Positions 31,484-40,132 are shown, numbered from the stretch's first letter. The stretch is DNA of 64,000 nucleotides from a candidate division FCPU426 bacterium (GCA_030041545.1 JASHNQ010000049.1:32374-96373); one strand, 5' to 3'. A program made the numbers and translations. The notes: generated from the sequence alone by a model not told the origin.

Positions 31484-31888
31484 ATGAAAGTCATCCCAAT
31501 CCATACCGATCAACGCGAGCAAATTCTGGACATCACGGCCCCAATCCGCAATCTCGTGGCCCAGGGCGCCTTCTCATCAGGGGTTCTCTTTCTTTTTTGC
31601 CCCCACACGACCGCAGCTATCACCATCAACGAGAATGCCGATCCCGACGTCAAAAGGGATATTCTCTACCACCTCAAGAAAGCCATCCCCCAATCGCCCG
31701 ATTTCAAGCATTTCGAGGACAACGCCGATGCCCACATTAAGTCCGTGTTAACGGGATTTTCGTTGGTTTTAATCGTGGAAAACGGAAAAATCCAACTGGG
31801 CCGCTGGCAGGGGATTTACTTCTGCGAGTTCGACGGCCCCAAGGACCGGGAGGTTTGGGTGAAAGCGGTACCGGATCAAGGGGTTTGA
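31484..31888 (+). CDS. yjbQ: YjbQ/UPF0047-family protein (secondary thiamine-phosphate synthase-like)
   Basis: ORF 31463..31888; …ITAPIRNLVAQGAFSSGVLFLFCPHTTAAITINENADPDV…HIKSVLTGFSL… family pattern; start taken at MKVIPIH. Confidence 0.75.
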   Translation: MKVIPIHTDQREQILDITAPIRNLVAQGAFSSGVLFLFCPHTTAAITINENADPDVKRDILYHLKKAIPQSPDFKHFEDNADAHIKSVLTGFSLVLIVENGKIQLGRWQGIYFCEFDGPKDREVWVKAVPDQGV

Positions 31889-31900
31889 AATACCCCGTTG

Positions 31901-32854
31901 TTACTGTTTCTTTTCGTCCCTTTCGAATTCCTCTTCCAAACTGAAATACCTTTCACCCATGTCGCAACAAAGGGTGACCACACGGGCCTCAGGCCCCAGT
32001 TTCTTGGCGACCTTGACGGCCACTGCCACGTTGGCTCCCGAGGAAATACCCAAAAGCAGTCCTTCTTCCCGGGCCAACCGCTTGGTCATCAGGAAGGCTT
32101 CCTTGTCATCCACCGTGATCATCTCGTCTACAATCGACCGGTTCAAGACCGGAGGCACGAAACCCGCCCCGATGCCCTGGATTCGGTGGATGCCAGGTTT
32201 TCCCCCTGAAAGCACCGCCGAGGCCGCCGGTTCCACTCCCACTATCTGTATTTTGGGGTTCTTGGCCTTGAAATATTCCCCTACCCCCGTGATGGTTCCA
32301 CCTGTCCCGATGCCCGCCACAAAGGCGTCCAGCCTTCCCTTCGTATCCTTTTCGATCTCGGGCGCCGTGGTCCTTTTGTGCGCCTCCGGGTTGGCCCGGT
32401 TGGCGAATTGCTCCGGCATGAAATAGTCCGGGTGCTGCTCTTTGATTTCCTTGGCCTTTCGGACGGCCTCCGCCATCAATCCTTGGGCGGGGGTTAAAAC
32501 CAATTCGGCGCCATATGCCCTCAAAAGCACCCGGCGCTCCTGGCTCATATCCTCGGGCATGACGAGGATCAACCGGTAACCCCTTTGGGCGCAAACCAAA
32601 GCCAGCCCGATGCCCGTGTTGCCGCTGGTGGGCTCCACCAAGGTTCCGCCGGGTTTTACGAGGCCGCGTTTTTCCGCATCCTCGATCATGGCCAGGGCGA
32701 TTCGGTCCTTCACGCTGCCGCCGGGATTGTAAAACTCCAGCTTGCAGAGGATTTGGGCCCCTCCCCTTTCCGGAATGCGTTGGAGTTTCAGCAGGGGGGT
32801 GTTGCCGATGATTTGGGTGATGTCGGTGGCCAAGGGATAACGGTTGTAGGTCAT
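31901..32854 (-). CDS. Cysteine synthase (CysK/CysM type, fold-II PLP enzyme), last gene of sulfur-carrier operon
   Basis: ORF 31901..32896; PLP lysine motif …SVKDRIALAMI…, GNTGIGLA, …GIGTGGTITG…; start at MTYNRYP overlaps upstream stop (ATGA). Confidence 0.9.
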   Translation of the reverse strand: MTYNRYPLATDITQIIGNTPLLKLQRIPERGGAQILCKLEFYNPGGSVKDRIALAMIEDAEKRGLVKPGGTLVEPTSGNTGIGLALVCAQRGYRLILVMPEDMSQERRVLLRAYGAELVLTPAQGLMAEAVRKAKEIKEQHPDYFMPEQFANRANPEAHKRTTAPEIEKDTKGRLDAFVAGIGTGGTITGVGEYFKAKNPKIQIVGVEPAASAVLSGGKPGIHRIQGIGAGFVPPVLNRSIVDEMITVDDKEAFLMTKRLAREEGLLLGISSGANVAVAVKVAKKLGPEARVVTLCCDMGERYFSLEEEFERDEKKQ

Positions 32855-33459
32855 GGGGTTACAACCGCCCCTTCCTCCAACAGCCGCGCCGGGCATTTGC
32901 CGGAGGCATGGACTTCATGATGGAAGGACACTCCCGAATCAAGGGAGGTGACCCATACCTTGTTTTCCAAGGGTGTGCTTCCCTTCAAAACCCACTGTAA
33001 CGCTTCGGAGGCCGCCAGGGCGCCCAACAAGCGTTGGACCGTAGGGGTTCCGCGGGTGAAGGCCTTGGGATTGAGAGTTTCAAAACATTCCAGGCACGGG
33101 CAGTGGCCGCCTTGATGGGAAGCGGCGAAAAGGGCGTAGCCACTTCCCGCGCACCAGGCGAAAAGGGAAGGCATGCGGTTTTTCCGGAGCAGGCGGCTGG
33201 CGCGCCGACGGAAGGCGGAATCTTCCGTGAGAACCAGGGTGAGGTCCGCTTCCCCGGTTGGAGCTTGAGGGACGTCGGTTTTCCATTGAACAAGGTGGGA
33301 AACACCGGTGGACTTTAAGGCGATCTCGGCCGCCGTAAGGATCGCGCCTTCCCCCACCAGAAGAATCCGGGCGGTGGCCCACTTGGTTTGGCCTTCCACA
33401 CCGACTTCGGGAAGGATGACTTGGCGGGAATATCTATCGGAAGGGCCGGTTTCTCCCAT
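32851..33459 (-). CDS. ThiF-like protein with degenerate nucleotide-binding loop and C-terminal CxxC…C zinc motif
   Basis: RYSRQVILPEVGVEGQTKWATARILLVGEGAIL aligns with ThiF RYSRQILL…GQ…VLIIGLGGLG but GxGxxG is replaced by GEGAIL; CPCLEC…CP at C-terminus; only about 200 aa. Confidence 0.65.
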   Translation of the reverse strand: MGETGPSDRYSRQVILPEVGVEGQTKWATARILLVGEGAILTAAEIALKSTGVSHLVQWKTDVPQAPTGEADLTLVLTEDSAFRRRASRLLRKNRMPSLFAWCAGSGYALFAASHQGGHCPCLECFETLNPKAFTRGTPTVQRLLGALAASEALQWVLKGSTPLENKVWVTSLDSGVSFHHEVHASGKCPARLLEEGAVVTP

Positions 33460-33463
33460 CCTC

Positions 33464-33709
33464 TTACTCGACGATGTCTTTAACGATAGGATTGACGTCG
33501 ATTCCCTGTTTGGAAAGATCGCCAAGGGCCTTTTGCACTTCCGTCTCCTCCCCCTCGATCTCCATTTGGACGTATCCGAAACCCTTGGTTATGGAGGCCC
33601 GGCGGATGTTGACCACAATGTCATATTTCTTGATCATCTTGGAAAGCACCGGCTCGGTGACCAGCTCGGTGGGATAATCCAGTTCGATGAGTTTTTTAAC
33701 TTCGGCCAA
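33464..33709 (-). CDS. Stand-alone NIL-domain protein (81 aa)
   Basis: MAEVKKLIELDYPTELVTEPVLSKMIKKYDIVVNIRRASITKGFGYVQMEIEGEETEVQKALGDLSKQGIDVNPIV aligns well with the C-terminal NIL domain of MetN. Confidence 0.65.
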   Translation of the reverse strand: MAEVKKLIELDYPTELVTEPVLSKMIKKYDIVVNIRRASITKGFGYVQMEIEGEETEVQKALGDLSKQGIDVNPIVKDIVE

Positions 33710-33783
33710 GGAGACCTCCGAGGAAGATGAAATTCGAACAGGGGAACAGGCGATTTCCGGCGCCTATTATCGCCTTTCTCCTT

Positions 33784-34071
33784 TCACCTCTTCACCTTTC
33801 CCCCGGCGATAGCCGGGACGATGGAAACCTGGTCCCCGGACTTGACGGCCGTGGCTTCCCCTTGCAGGAAACGGATGTCCTCTTCGTTCAAGTAAATGTT
33901 CACGAAGCGGCGAATTTTGCCGTTCTCATCACAAAGCCGGTCCTTCAAACCGTTGTAGTTATTCCCCAAGTTGTTGATCAGGTCGGAAATGGTGGCCCCT
34001 TCGGCATTCACCTCCGCCTGGTTGTTGGTCAGGTTCCTCAAGGGGGTTGGAATGAGAACTTTCACGGCCAT
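33784..34071 (-). CDS. MoaD/ThiS/CysO-family sulfur-carrier protein with C-terminal Gly-Gly followed by a 4-residue extension (KVKR)
   Basis: [10 protein letters not shown]…[17 protein letters not shown]; AGGAGG RBS 7 nt upstream of ATG; MoaD-like pattern throughout. Confidence 0.75.
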   Translation of the reverse strand: MAVKVLIPTPLRNLTNNQAEVNAEGATISDLINNLGNNYNGLKDRLCDENGKIRRFVNIYLNEEDIRFLQGEATAVKSGDQVSIVPAIAGGKVKR

Positions 34072-34323
34072 GGAAACTCCTCCTAAAACGAATGGTACCC
34101 TCATTTCCATTTTAAAATCGGGCAAAGCCCGGTGAAGTTATGAGGGTGATGCAGCTTTCAATTAGGGGGCCTTCGGCCCCGTTTTCATGGATGGATAAAC
34201 TGCATAAGGCAGGATTATGACGAAAGCCCCCCTTGATTTCCAGGGGAAAACATTGAAAGTCCGGCGCGGTCTGGTTTCCTGTCAAGTTACCGGAATAAAC
34301 CTTCCCCTATCGTGGACAGCGGC

Positions 34324-34746
34324 TTATTTCAACGTTTTGTATTTCAGGTTCAGCATGGTTTGGAGCGATCCCCGATGGTGGATTTCGTGATCCAGATTCC
34401 CCCGCATCAGGATAAGCCACTTGCTGGTTTTTCCCATGACTTCCCAGTCGTCTACTTCTTGGGCCTACTCGTTGTCCGGCATTCTCTTAAGAAGTTCGGC
34501 TTTTTCTTTTCCGAGTTTTTCGAAGTCCCGCAGATGCCGGTTCCATTCCTCCGGTTTTCCTTCCCCCGGTTGGATGCTGGCCCTGGGAATTTGCTTTTCG
34601 TTTTTAAGGACGGCCAAGGCCCATCGGTCGGCATCCACTAAATGTTTCAAAAGATCCGTAAAACTCAATTGTCCGGCGGAGGGCCGCCACCCCCGGTCTT
34701 CCGAAACCACTTGTTTAAATCTTTTCAGGCTGGATTCCCGAACCAT
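34324..34746 (-). pseudogene. DinB/YfiT-family (DinB_2) gene interrupted by a single in-frame TAG codon (at 34465-34467); pseudogene or read-through candidate
   Basis: ORF 34465..34746 (93 aa) stops at TAG; same frame continues AQEVDDWEVMGKTSKWLILMRGNLDHEIHHRGSLQTMLNLKYKTLK to a TAA at 34324-34326; the downstream part carries the family-defining HEIHHRG motif; combined length 140 aa fits the family. Confidence 0.6.
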
Positions 34747-34828
34747 TCCCGAGAATGGCCAGCCTTTCCCCTTCAGTCATTATTGCCTCCCATCGTGGAA
34801 ATGGCCCGATCCATAACGAGCCAAACAT

Positions 34829-36877
34829 TCACTTCAAAAGCGGGAACTCCGTCACCCTCAGGCGCGTGGAGCCGTAAGGAACGAGGGTCAAATCTTCCTC
34901 AGGCTCCGCGCTTTCCACCGGGCTTTGGGGCGGTGGCTCGGCGGCTCCGGTGGCGAAGGCCCAATCATCCAAGCGCCTGCCCTTCACGGCCACCTTGAGG
35001 GGCGCTCCTTCTAATGTGAAGGGATCGCCTTGGAGAGTCCCTTCCTGGAGGGATAAGGACTTGTCCGGGTCCCCAGGGTCAAGCGCCAAGGCGTAATTCC
35101 AAGGGCTGTCGGGCACTACAAAATAATCGCTTTTATGGTCACCCTTTGGCTGGTAGGGGAAAGGCCGGGCGGGTTTCCAAATTTCCTTCAGCCCCAAGCT
35201 GAACACCAGAGGCCCCCGCTCCACGCTGACGGCGTCACGGAACCACCGTTGGACCTTGAAAGCCATGGGAAGGTGAAGCTGCAGGGTTTCGGTCCCATTC
35301 CATTGGCGCAGGATCTTTTGAAAGCTACCGGCTTCTGGCTTTTGGGTGCTCCCATCCGGCAAGGTCAAGGTCGCGCCTTGCGCCCATTCGGGGATGCGCA
35401 AATAAAACGGGAATTGCAAAGGCATTTGCGTCGTCACCTTAAAGGCCAATTCTTCGCTGAAAGGATAATCGGTGGTTAATTCCACCTTGACCGTTTGTCC
35501 GGATATTTGGGTTTCCACGGACGAAGGGGCATAAACCACCGCCGCCAGGCCCCCATCAGGGGTCGCCATCCATAGGTGGGAGGTGAATTTAGGCCATCCC
35601 TGGTGGAAATTGGCCGTGCAACAGCCGTATTGGGGCTCCAAGCCGAAGAGGTTGGATTCCCCCCGGTTAGTGGTGTAAACGGGCTGGGGCACGTAAACGC
35701 AGGCCACCTGGTTGGCTTGTTCGTCGTATTGGTGTTCCCAATAATCCGGCGAACAAGCGGCCGGAAGGGCGTTGAAGGCTATTTTTTCCAGCCGGTCCGC
35801 GTCCCCCACATTCCCCAAAATAGCCAAATTGGTTTCCAAGGAATACATCGTTTCAACGATGGTGCAAAGTTCCGTCCCCTGGGAGGGGTTCCTTCCCGCC
35901 AGGCACTCATCCGCGCTGAAAAGCCCGTTGGCCTCCCCATGGTAACGGTCCAGCTCCTGGAGCGCCTGGCGGGATAGTTTTTTGTATTTATCATTGCCGC
36001 TCAAGCGGTAGAGGAGGGCTGACACCTTAAGGCCCATGGCGTTGTTGACGCCGTGGGTGAACCAGTTCCACCGGGGGGTCTTGTCTTTCATGGGAAGGTC
36101 GGAAAAGTATTTTGGCCAGTCATAGCCTTGGGTCGCCGCTTTCCAGGCCAGGTCCAACAGCCATGGCTCATGGGTGCGGTCGTAGAGCCAGAATAGGCAG
36201 ACCAGGAAGTCTCCCCATCGGAAATAATTCCAGCCGAAAAGCGGCCTCTGGTTCAGTTGGTTGTCGAGGCACCAGAAGTCCTTCTCCATGGCCGGGATGA
36301 CCCGGGGGTCGCCCGTGGCCTCCTCGTACTGGGCCAGGACTTTCAGGATGATGAACTGGGGCCATGGGTCCCGGGGATCGGACCCAGGCGCGCCGACCGG
36401 CGCGCCGGTGGGGGGAGGGCTTTGCTCCGGCCCCAGCCAACCATCCGGCAGCTGGTGGGACAGGATATAGTCCATCCACCGTTTGACCTTGCGTTGGAGG
36501 CGTTCATCCCCGGTTTGATAGGCCAACGGAACCAAACCGTCCAGCCAATAGGGGGCCCTCTCCCAACCTTCGGCATGCCCCCCGATCCAACCGCTATCTT
36601 CCACGTCAGGCCAAAATTCGTCCAGGTGCCCGGTGAGCCCTCCCGCCTGCAGTTGGAGTTGCTCCAAGAGCCATCCTTCGGGCTTGACGCTGCCCAAAGG
36701 CAGGGATTGAAAAGCGGGAGGTTCGAGCCCGGCGGGCCGGTTCTGCTTTTTCCCCTCCTGGACCCTCAGGTAAACCAAGCCGAGCCATGCGGATAAAACC
36801 AGCGCCACAAGTACAAAAAAAGTCTTGGTCTTGGAACGCTTCTGGGGTTGGCTGTCTTGGGGGTGGTTTTCCGGCAT
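34829..36877 (-). CDS. Glycoside hydrolase family 127-like protein (DUF1680, beta-L-arabinofuranosidase family) with N-terminal membrane anchor
   Basis: 682-aa ORF; N-terminal TM (FFVLVALVLSAWLGLVYL); conserved Cys cluster …QVACVY…YGCCTANF… typical of the GH127 zinc site. Confidence 0.7.
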   Translation of the reverse strand: MPENHPQDSQPQKRSKTKTFFVLVALVLSAWLGLVYLRVQEGKKQNRPAGLEPPAFQSLPLGSVKPEGWLLEQLQLQAGGLTGHLDEFWPDVEDSGWIGGHAEGWERAPYWLDGLVPLAYQTGDERLQRKVKRWMDYILSHQLPDGWLGPEQSPPPTGAPVGAPGSDPRDPWPQFIILKVLAQYEEATGDPRVIPAMEKDFWCLDNQLNQRPLFGWNYFRWGDFLVCLFWLYDRTHEPWLLDLAWKAATQGYDWPKYFSDLPMKDKTPRWNWFTHGVNNAMGLKVSALLYRLSGNDKYKKLSRQALQELDRYHGEANGLFSADECLAGRNPSQGTELCTIVETMYSLETNLAILGNVGDADRLEKIAFNALPAACSPDYWEHQYDEQANQVACVYVPQPVYTTNRGESNLFGLEPQYGCCTANFHQGWPKFTSHLWMATPDGGLAAVVYAPSSVETQISGQTVKVELTTDYPFSEELAFKVTTQMPLQFPFYLRIPEWAQGATLTLPDGSTQKPEAGSFQKILRQWNGTETLQLHLPMAFKVQRWFRDAVSVERGPLVFSLGLKEIWKPARPFPYQPKGDHKSDYFVVPDSPWNYALALDPGDPDKSLSLQEGTLQGDPFTLEGAPLKVAVKGRRLDDWAFATGAAEPPPQSPVESAEPEEDLTLVPYGSTRLRVTEFPLLK

Positions 36878-37183
36878 AGGGGCATTCTAGGGCTAAAAAA
36901 TCCGAAAAGAAAATTTTTGGCGAAAATGGGCTTTGTCACCACCCTTCGAGTAAACGGTTTTACCCAGGGTCACGGCGTTGATATTTAAGGCCGCTCCATT
37001 TAAAGTTAAGAAACAATTCAACAATGTTGTCACGCTCTCAACTTTTGCCGAATAGTTGGCGAAGGGTGGAAAACCAATAAGGAGAGCCAAAGGGAACCCT
37101 GCCTTGGGGCGGGCTTTGAATCCCTAATTACTAATCCTTCATTGGTTTTTTCTGTGCAAAAGTAAACTTATAAGAGAGGCCCT

Positions 37184-37510
37184 ATGACACCTTATATCGA
37201 CGCCTCGAACTCCGACCATCGTTTCTTAAAAAAAGTAGGCCGGAAGATCGGGGAGGTCCGCGCCCAAAAGGGCTATACCCAGTTCCAATTGGCGGAGCAA
37301 GCCGGGGTTTCCATCCAAATGGTCCAATATTGGGAGTCGGGCCGGAACATCACGTTGAAGACCCTTTACAACCTTGCTTTTCAACTGGACTGCCCCGTTG
37401 AGAATTTCCTGAAGGAGCCCCGCAACTTGACGGCTCAAAGGGGCAGGCCCCGCCTTAAAGGATTAAAGGCCGGCAAAAAAAAAGTCCGTAAGGAAAAAAG
37501 CCCTGGGTGA
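37184..37510 (+). CDS. XRE-family HTH transcriptional regulator (108 aa) with basic C-terminal tail
   Basis: …RAQKGYTQFQLAEQAGVSIQMVQYWESGRNITLKTLYNLAFQL…; divergent from GH127 gene. Confidence 0.75.
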   Translation: MTPYIDASNSDHRFLKKVGRKIGEVRAQKGYTQFQLAEQAGVSIQMVQYWESGRNITLKTLYNLAFQLDCPVENFLKEPRNLTAQRGRPRLKGLKAGKKKVRKEKSPG

Positions 37511-37641
37511 CTTCCATTCCGTTGAGCCGCTGAAACAAGTCCACTCCCTCGACCCAATCCTTTCAACCGTTTTAAAATCGACCGGGGACTGAAATATCCC
37601 TTTGTTTTAGGCTATTTTTTTGCCCCCTTTGCTTCCCGGGT

Positions 37642-38088
37642 TCAAGGGCCGGAGGAAGGAATGGAATTACGGGAGGAATGCCGCCAAGTCCAATAACCCG
37701 TCCAGCCGAGGCTCAAGAGGGACAGGAAGATGGCCAAAACGGGAAGAAAACCCGTTGAAAAGCTGTTGGAAGCCCAGGGACTGTCTTTCCTGATTTTGGA
37801 GACAAACTTGCGCAGGTCCGGATTGTCCGGATGGAGCCGCAGGCTTCTCTCCATGGACAGCACGGCCTCAGTCCGGTTGGCATCCTGGTAATAAGCCTCC
37901 CCCAGGAATTGGTAAGCCTGCCAGTAATCAGGCCTTTCGTCCACCGCCGCGCGGAAATACTGGATGGCCTTGTCATAATCCCGGTTCTTGAACAGCTCCA
38001 TGCCGGCGTTGTAATAATCCTCCGGGGCAATCGCCCAGCCCACCCCGGAAACCAATATCACCGCGAGTCCCCCAAGCAGTTTTTTCAT
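37642..38088 (-). CDS. TPR-repeat protein with N-terminal signal/anchor and C-terminal TM segment
   Basis: ORF 37642..38121; …YYNAGMELFKNRDYDKAIQYFRAAVDERPDYWQAYQFLGEAYYQ… TPR units. Confidence 0.6.
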   Translation of the reverse strand: MKKLLGGLAVILVSGVGWAIAPEDYYNAGMELFKNRDYDKAIQYFRAAVDERPDYWQAYQFLGEAYYQDANRTEAVLSMERSLRLHPDNPDLRKFVSKIRKDSPWASNSFSTGFLPVLAIFLSLLSLGWTGYWTWRHSSRNSIPSSGP

Positions 38089-38092
38089 CGGT

Positions 38093-39322
38093 TCAGGCCG
38101 GGACCAGTTGGGTGGCCTCAAAGGCGGCGAGGTTGGGCTGGATGACCTTCACTTCCCTCAAATGGCCTGTCACGGCTTCCTGGGTTTTCAGGCCCGTTCC
38201 GGTCACGTAAGCCACGGTCACGGCATCCGGATCCAAGGCTCCCGATCCGGCCAGCTTTTTCAGGCATCCGATGGTGACGCCGCCGGCGGTTTCCGCGAAT
38301 AGTCCTTCGGTGCGGGCCAACAGTTTGATGCCTTCCACGATTTCCTCGTCCGTGACCATCTCGGCCCCGCCCTTGGAATCGGCGATGGTCCTTAAGGCGT
38401 AAAAACCGTCGGCGGGATTGCCGATGGCCAAGGACTTGGCGATGGTATTGGGCTTGACCGGCCGGAAAGTGTCGGTCTTGGCTTTATAAGCGGTGGTCAC
38501 AGGCGAACAGCCGGCGGCCTGGGCGCCGAAAACTCTCATGGGCTTGTTTTCAATGAGGCCCACTTTGATGAACTCCTGGGTCCCCTTCCAAATCTTGGTC
38601 AAAAGGGACCCGGAAGCCACGGGGACAACGACTTGGTCCGGTGCTTTCCAGCCCAACTGCTCCGCCACTTCGAACCCGAGGGTTTTGGAGCCCTCGGCGT
38701 AATAGGGCCTCATATTAATGTTCACGAAGGCCCATTTATGCTTGCCGGCGATTTCGCTGCAAAGACGGTTGACGTCGTCATAATTGCCGTTGACCCCGAT
38801 GAGGTTCGGGTCGTAGATCAGCGAGGCCGTCACTTTGCTGGTTTCCAGGTTGGAGGGAATGAACACAAAGCGTTTCATGCCGCCCTTGGCCCCATAGGCC
38901 GAAACCGCGTTGGCTAGGTTGCCGGTCGAGGCGCAGGCTAAGGTATCGAAACCCAGTTCCAGGGCCCGGGTGGAGGCCACGGCCACCACGCGATCCTTGA
39001 AGGAATGGGTGGGGTTGGCGCAGTCGTTCTTCACGTAAAGTCGGGAAAGGCCCAATTCCTCGCCCAGCCGTTCGGCGCGGATCAAGGGCGTATAACCTTC
39101 CTCCAGGGTGTTGTAGCGGGTTCCCTCGACGGGCAGGAACTCCCGGTAGCGCCAGATATTCAGCGGGCGGGCAGCGATCTTTCCGCGGGAAACATCTGTC
39201 TTGATCTTGTCGTAATCATAGGCTGCTTCCAAGGGCCCAAAGCAGAACTCACAGACGTATTTGGCCGTTTTTTCGTATTCCTGGCCGCATTCCCTGCATT
39301 TCAAAGACTTTACGTAACCCAT
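38093..39322 (-). CDS. Threonine-synthase-family PLP enzyme with N-terminal zinc-ribbon (C-x2-C…C-x2-C); paralogue of thrC at 46505
   Basis: Start at MGYVKSLKCRECGQEYEKTAKYVCEFCFGPLEA; PLP-Lys motif …ANPTHSFKDRVVAVA…; 409 aa; RBS ggaaggg upstream. Confidence 0.8.
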   Translation of the reverse strand: MGYVKSLKCRECGQEYEKTAKYVCEFCFGPLEAAYDYDKIKTDVSRGKIAARPLNIWRYREFLPVEGTRYNTLEEGYTPLIRAERLGEELGLSRLYVKNDCANPTHSFKDRVVAVASTRALELGFDTLACASTGNLANAVSAYGAKGGMKRFVFIPSNLETSKVTASLIYDPNLIGVNGNYDDVNRLCSEIAGKHKWAFVNINMRPYYAEGSKTLGFEVAEQLGWKAPDQVVVPVASGSLLTKIWKGTQEFIKVGLIENKPMRVFGAQAAGCSPVTTAYKAKTDTFRPVKPNTIAKSLAIGNPADGFYALRTIADSKGGAEMVTDEEIVEGIKLLARTEGLFAETAGGVTIGCLKKLAGSGALDPDAVTVAYVTGTGLKTQEAVTGHLREVKVIQPNLAAFEATQLVPA

Positions 39323-39652
39323 CGTTTTTCCCTTCCGCTCCCGGAAAAGGCCTCGGCTCAAAAAAAAAGGCCCCATCCTGAGATGGAAGCCTTTGAGGTT
39401 TGGATTTCCATCTCTCATCTTTCCCCGGATCGTCGTCCCTTTCCGGAGCAGGATTTGGCACCTGGCGACCCTTTTCGGTCCGGTTGCCGTGGCATCAACG
39501 GGCCTGTCCCTCCGCCACTCGCGATAAGAGCGTTTAATTGTTCAATGAATATTACTCAGTGCGCCTTTCCCTGTCAAGGCCACCGCCATAGCCGGTGGCG
39601 GGTGGCTGTTAGTGGATGGTAAAGGCTACCCGCCATCCGCTACAAGCTGCCA

Positions 39653-40132
39653 TTAATCCGCCGCTACCTCGATTTTGAGGATTTCATACTGCAGCAGTCC
39701 CACCGGCACCTGGATATCCGCCTTGTCCCCGACTTTTTTGCCGATAAGCCCCCGGGCGATGGGGGTTCGGATGGAAATCTTGTTTTGGGCAAAGTTGGCT
39801 TCCTCCTCGCCCACTAGTCGGTAGATTTCCTCCTGTTTGGTTTTGAGGTCCATGACGGTCACCACGCACCCGATGGAAACGTGCTCGCCGGTGATGTTCT
39901 CGTCCTCCAAAATGCGGGCTCGGGCCAGCTTGTCCTCCAGCTCGCGGATGCGCGCCTCCAAAAGCCCTTGTTCCTGCTTGGCGGCGTCGTACTCCGCGTT
40001 TTCCTTCAGGTCCCCGTGGGCCCTCGCTTCCTCCAAGGCCTTCGCCACCTGGGGCCGGCGGACCATTTTGAGTTTGTTCAATTCGTCTTGGAGCTTATCC
40101 CGGGTGGCCCGGGACACAAGGAAATCCGACAT
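39653..40132 (-). CDS. greA: Transcription elongation factor GreA
   Basis: …RDKLQDELNKLKMVRRPQVAKALEEARAHGDLKENAEYDAAKQEQGLLEARIRELEDKLARA… coiled-coil plus FKBP-like C-domain. Confidence 0.9.
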   Translation of the reverse strand: MSDFLVSRATRDKLQDELNKLKMVRRPQVAKALEEARAHGDLKENAEYDAAKQEQGLLEARIRELEDKLARARILEDENITGEHVSIGCVVTVMDLKTKQEEIYRLVGEEEANFAQNKISIRTPIARGLIGKKVGDKADIQVPVGLLQYEILKIEVAAD

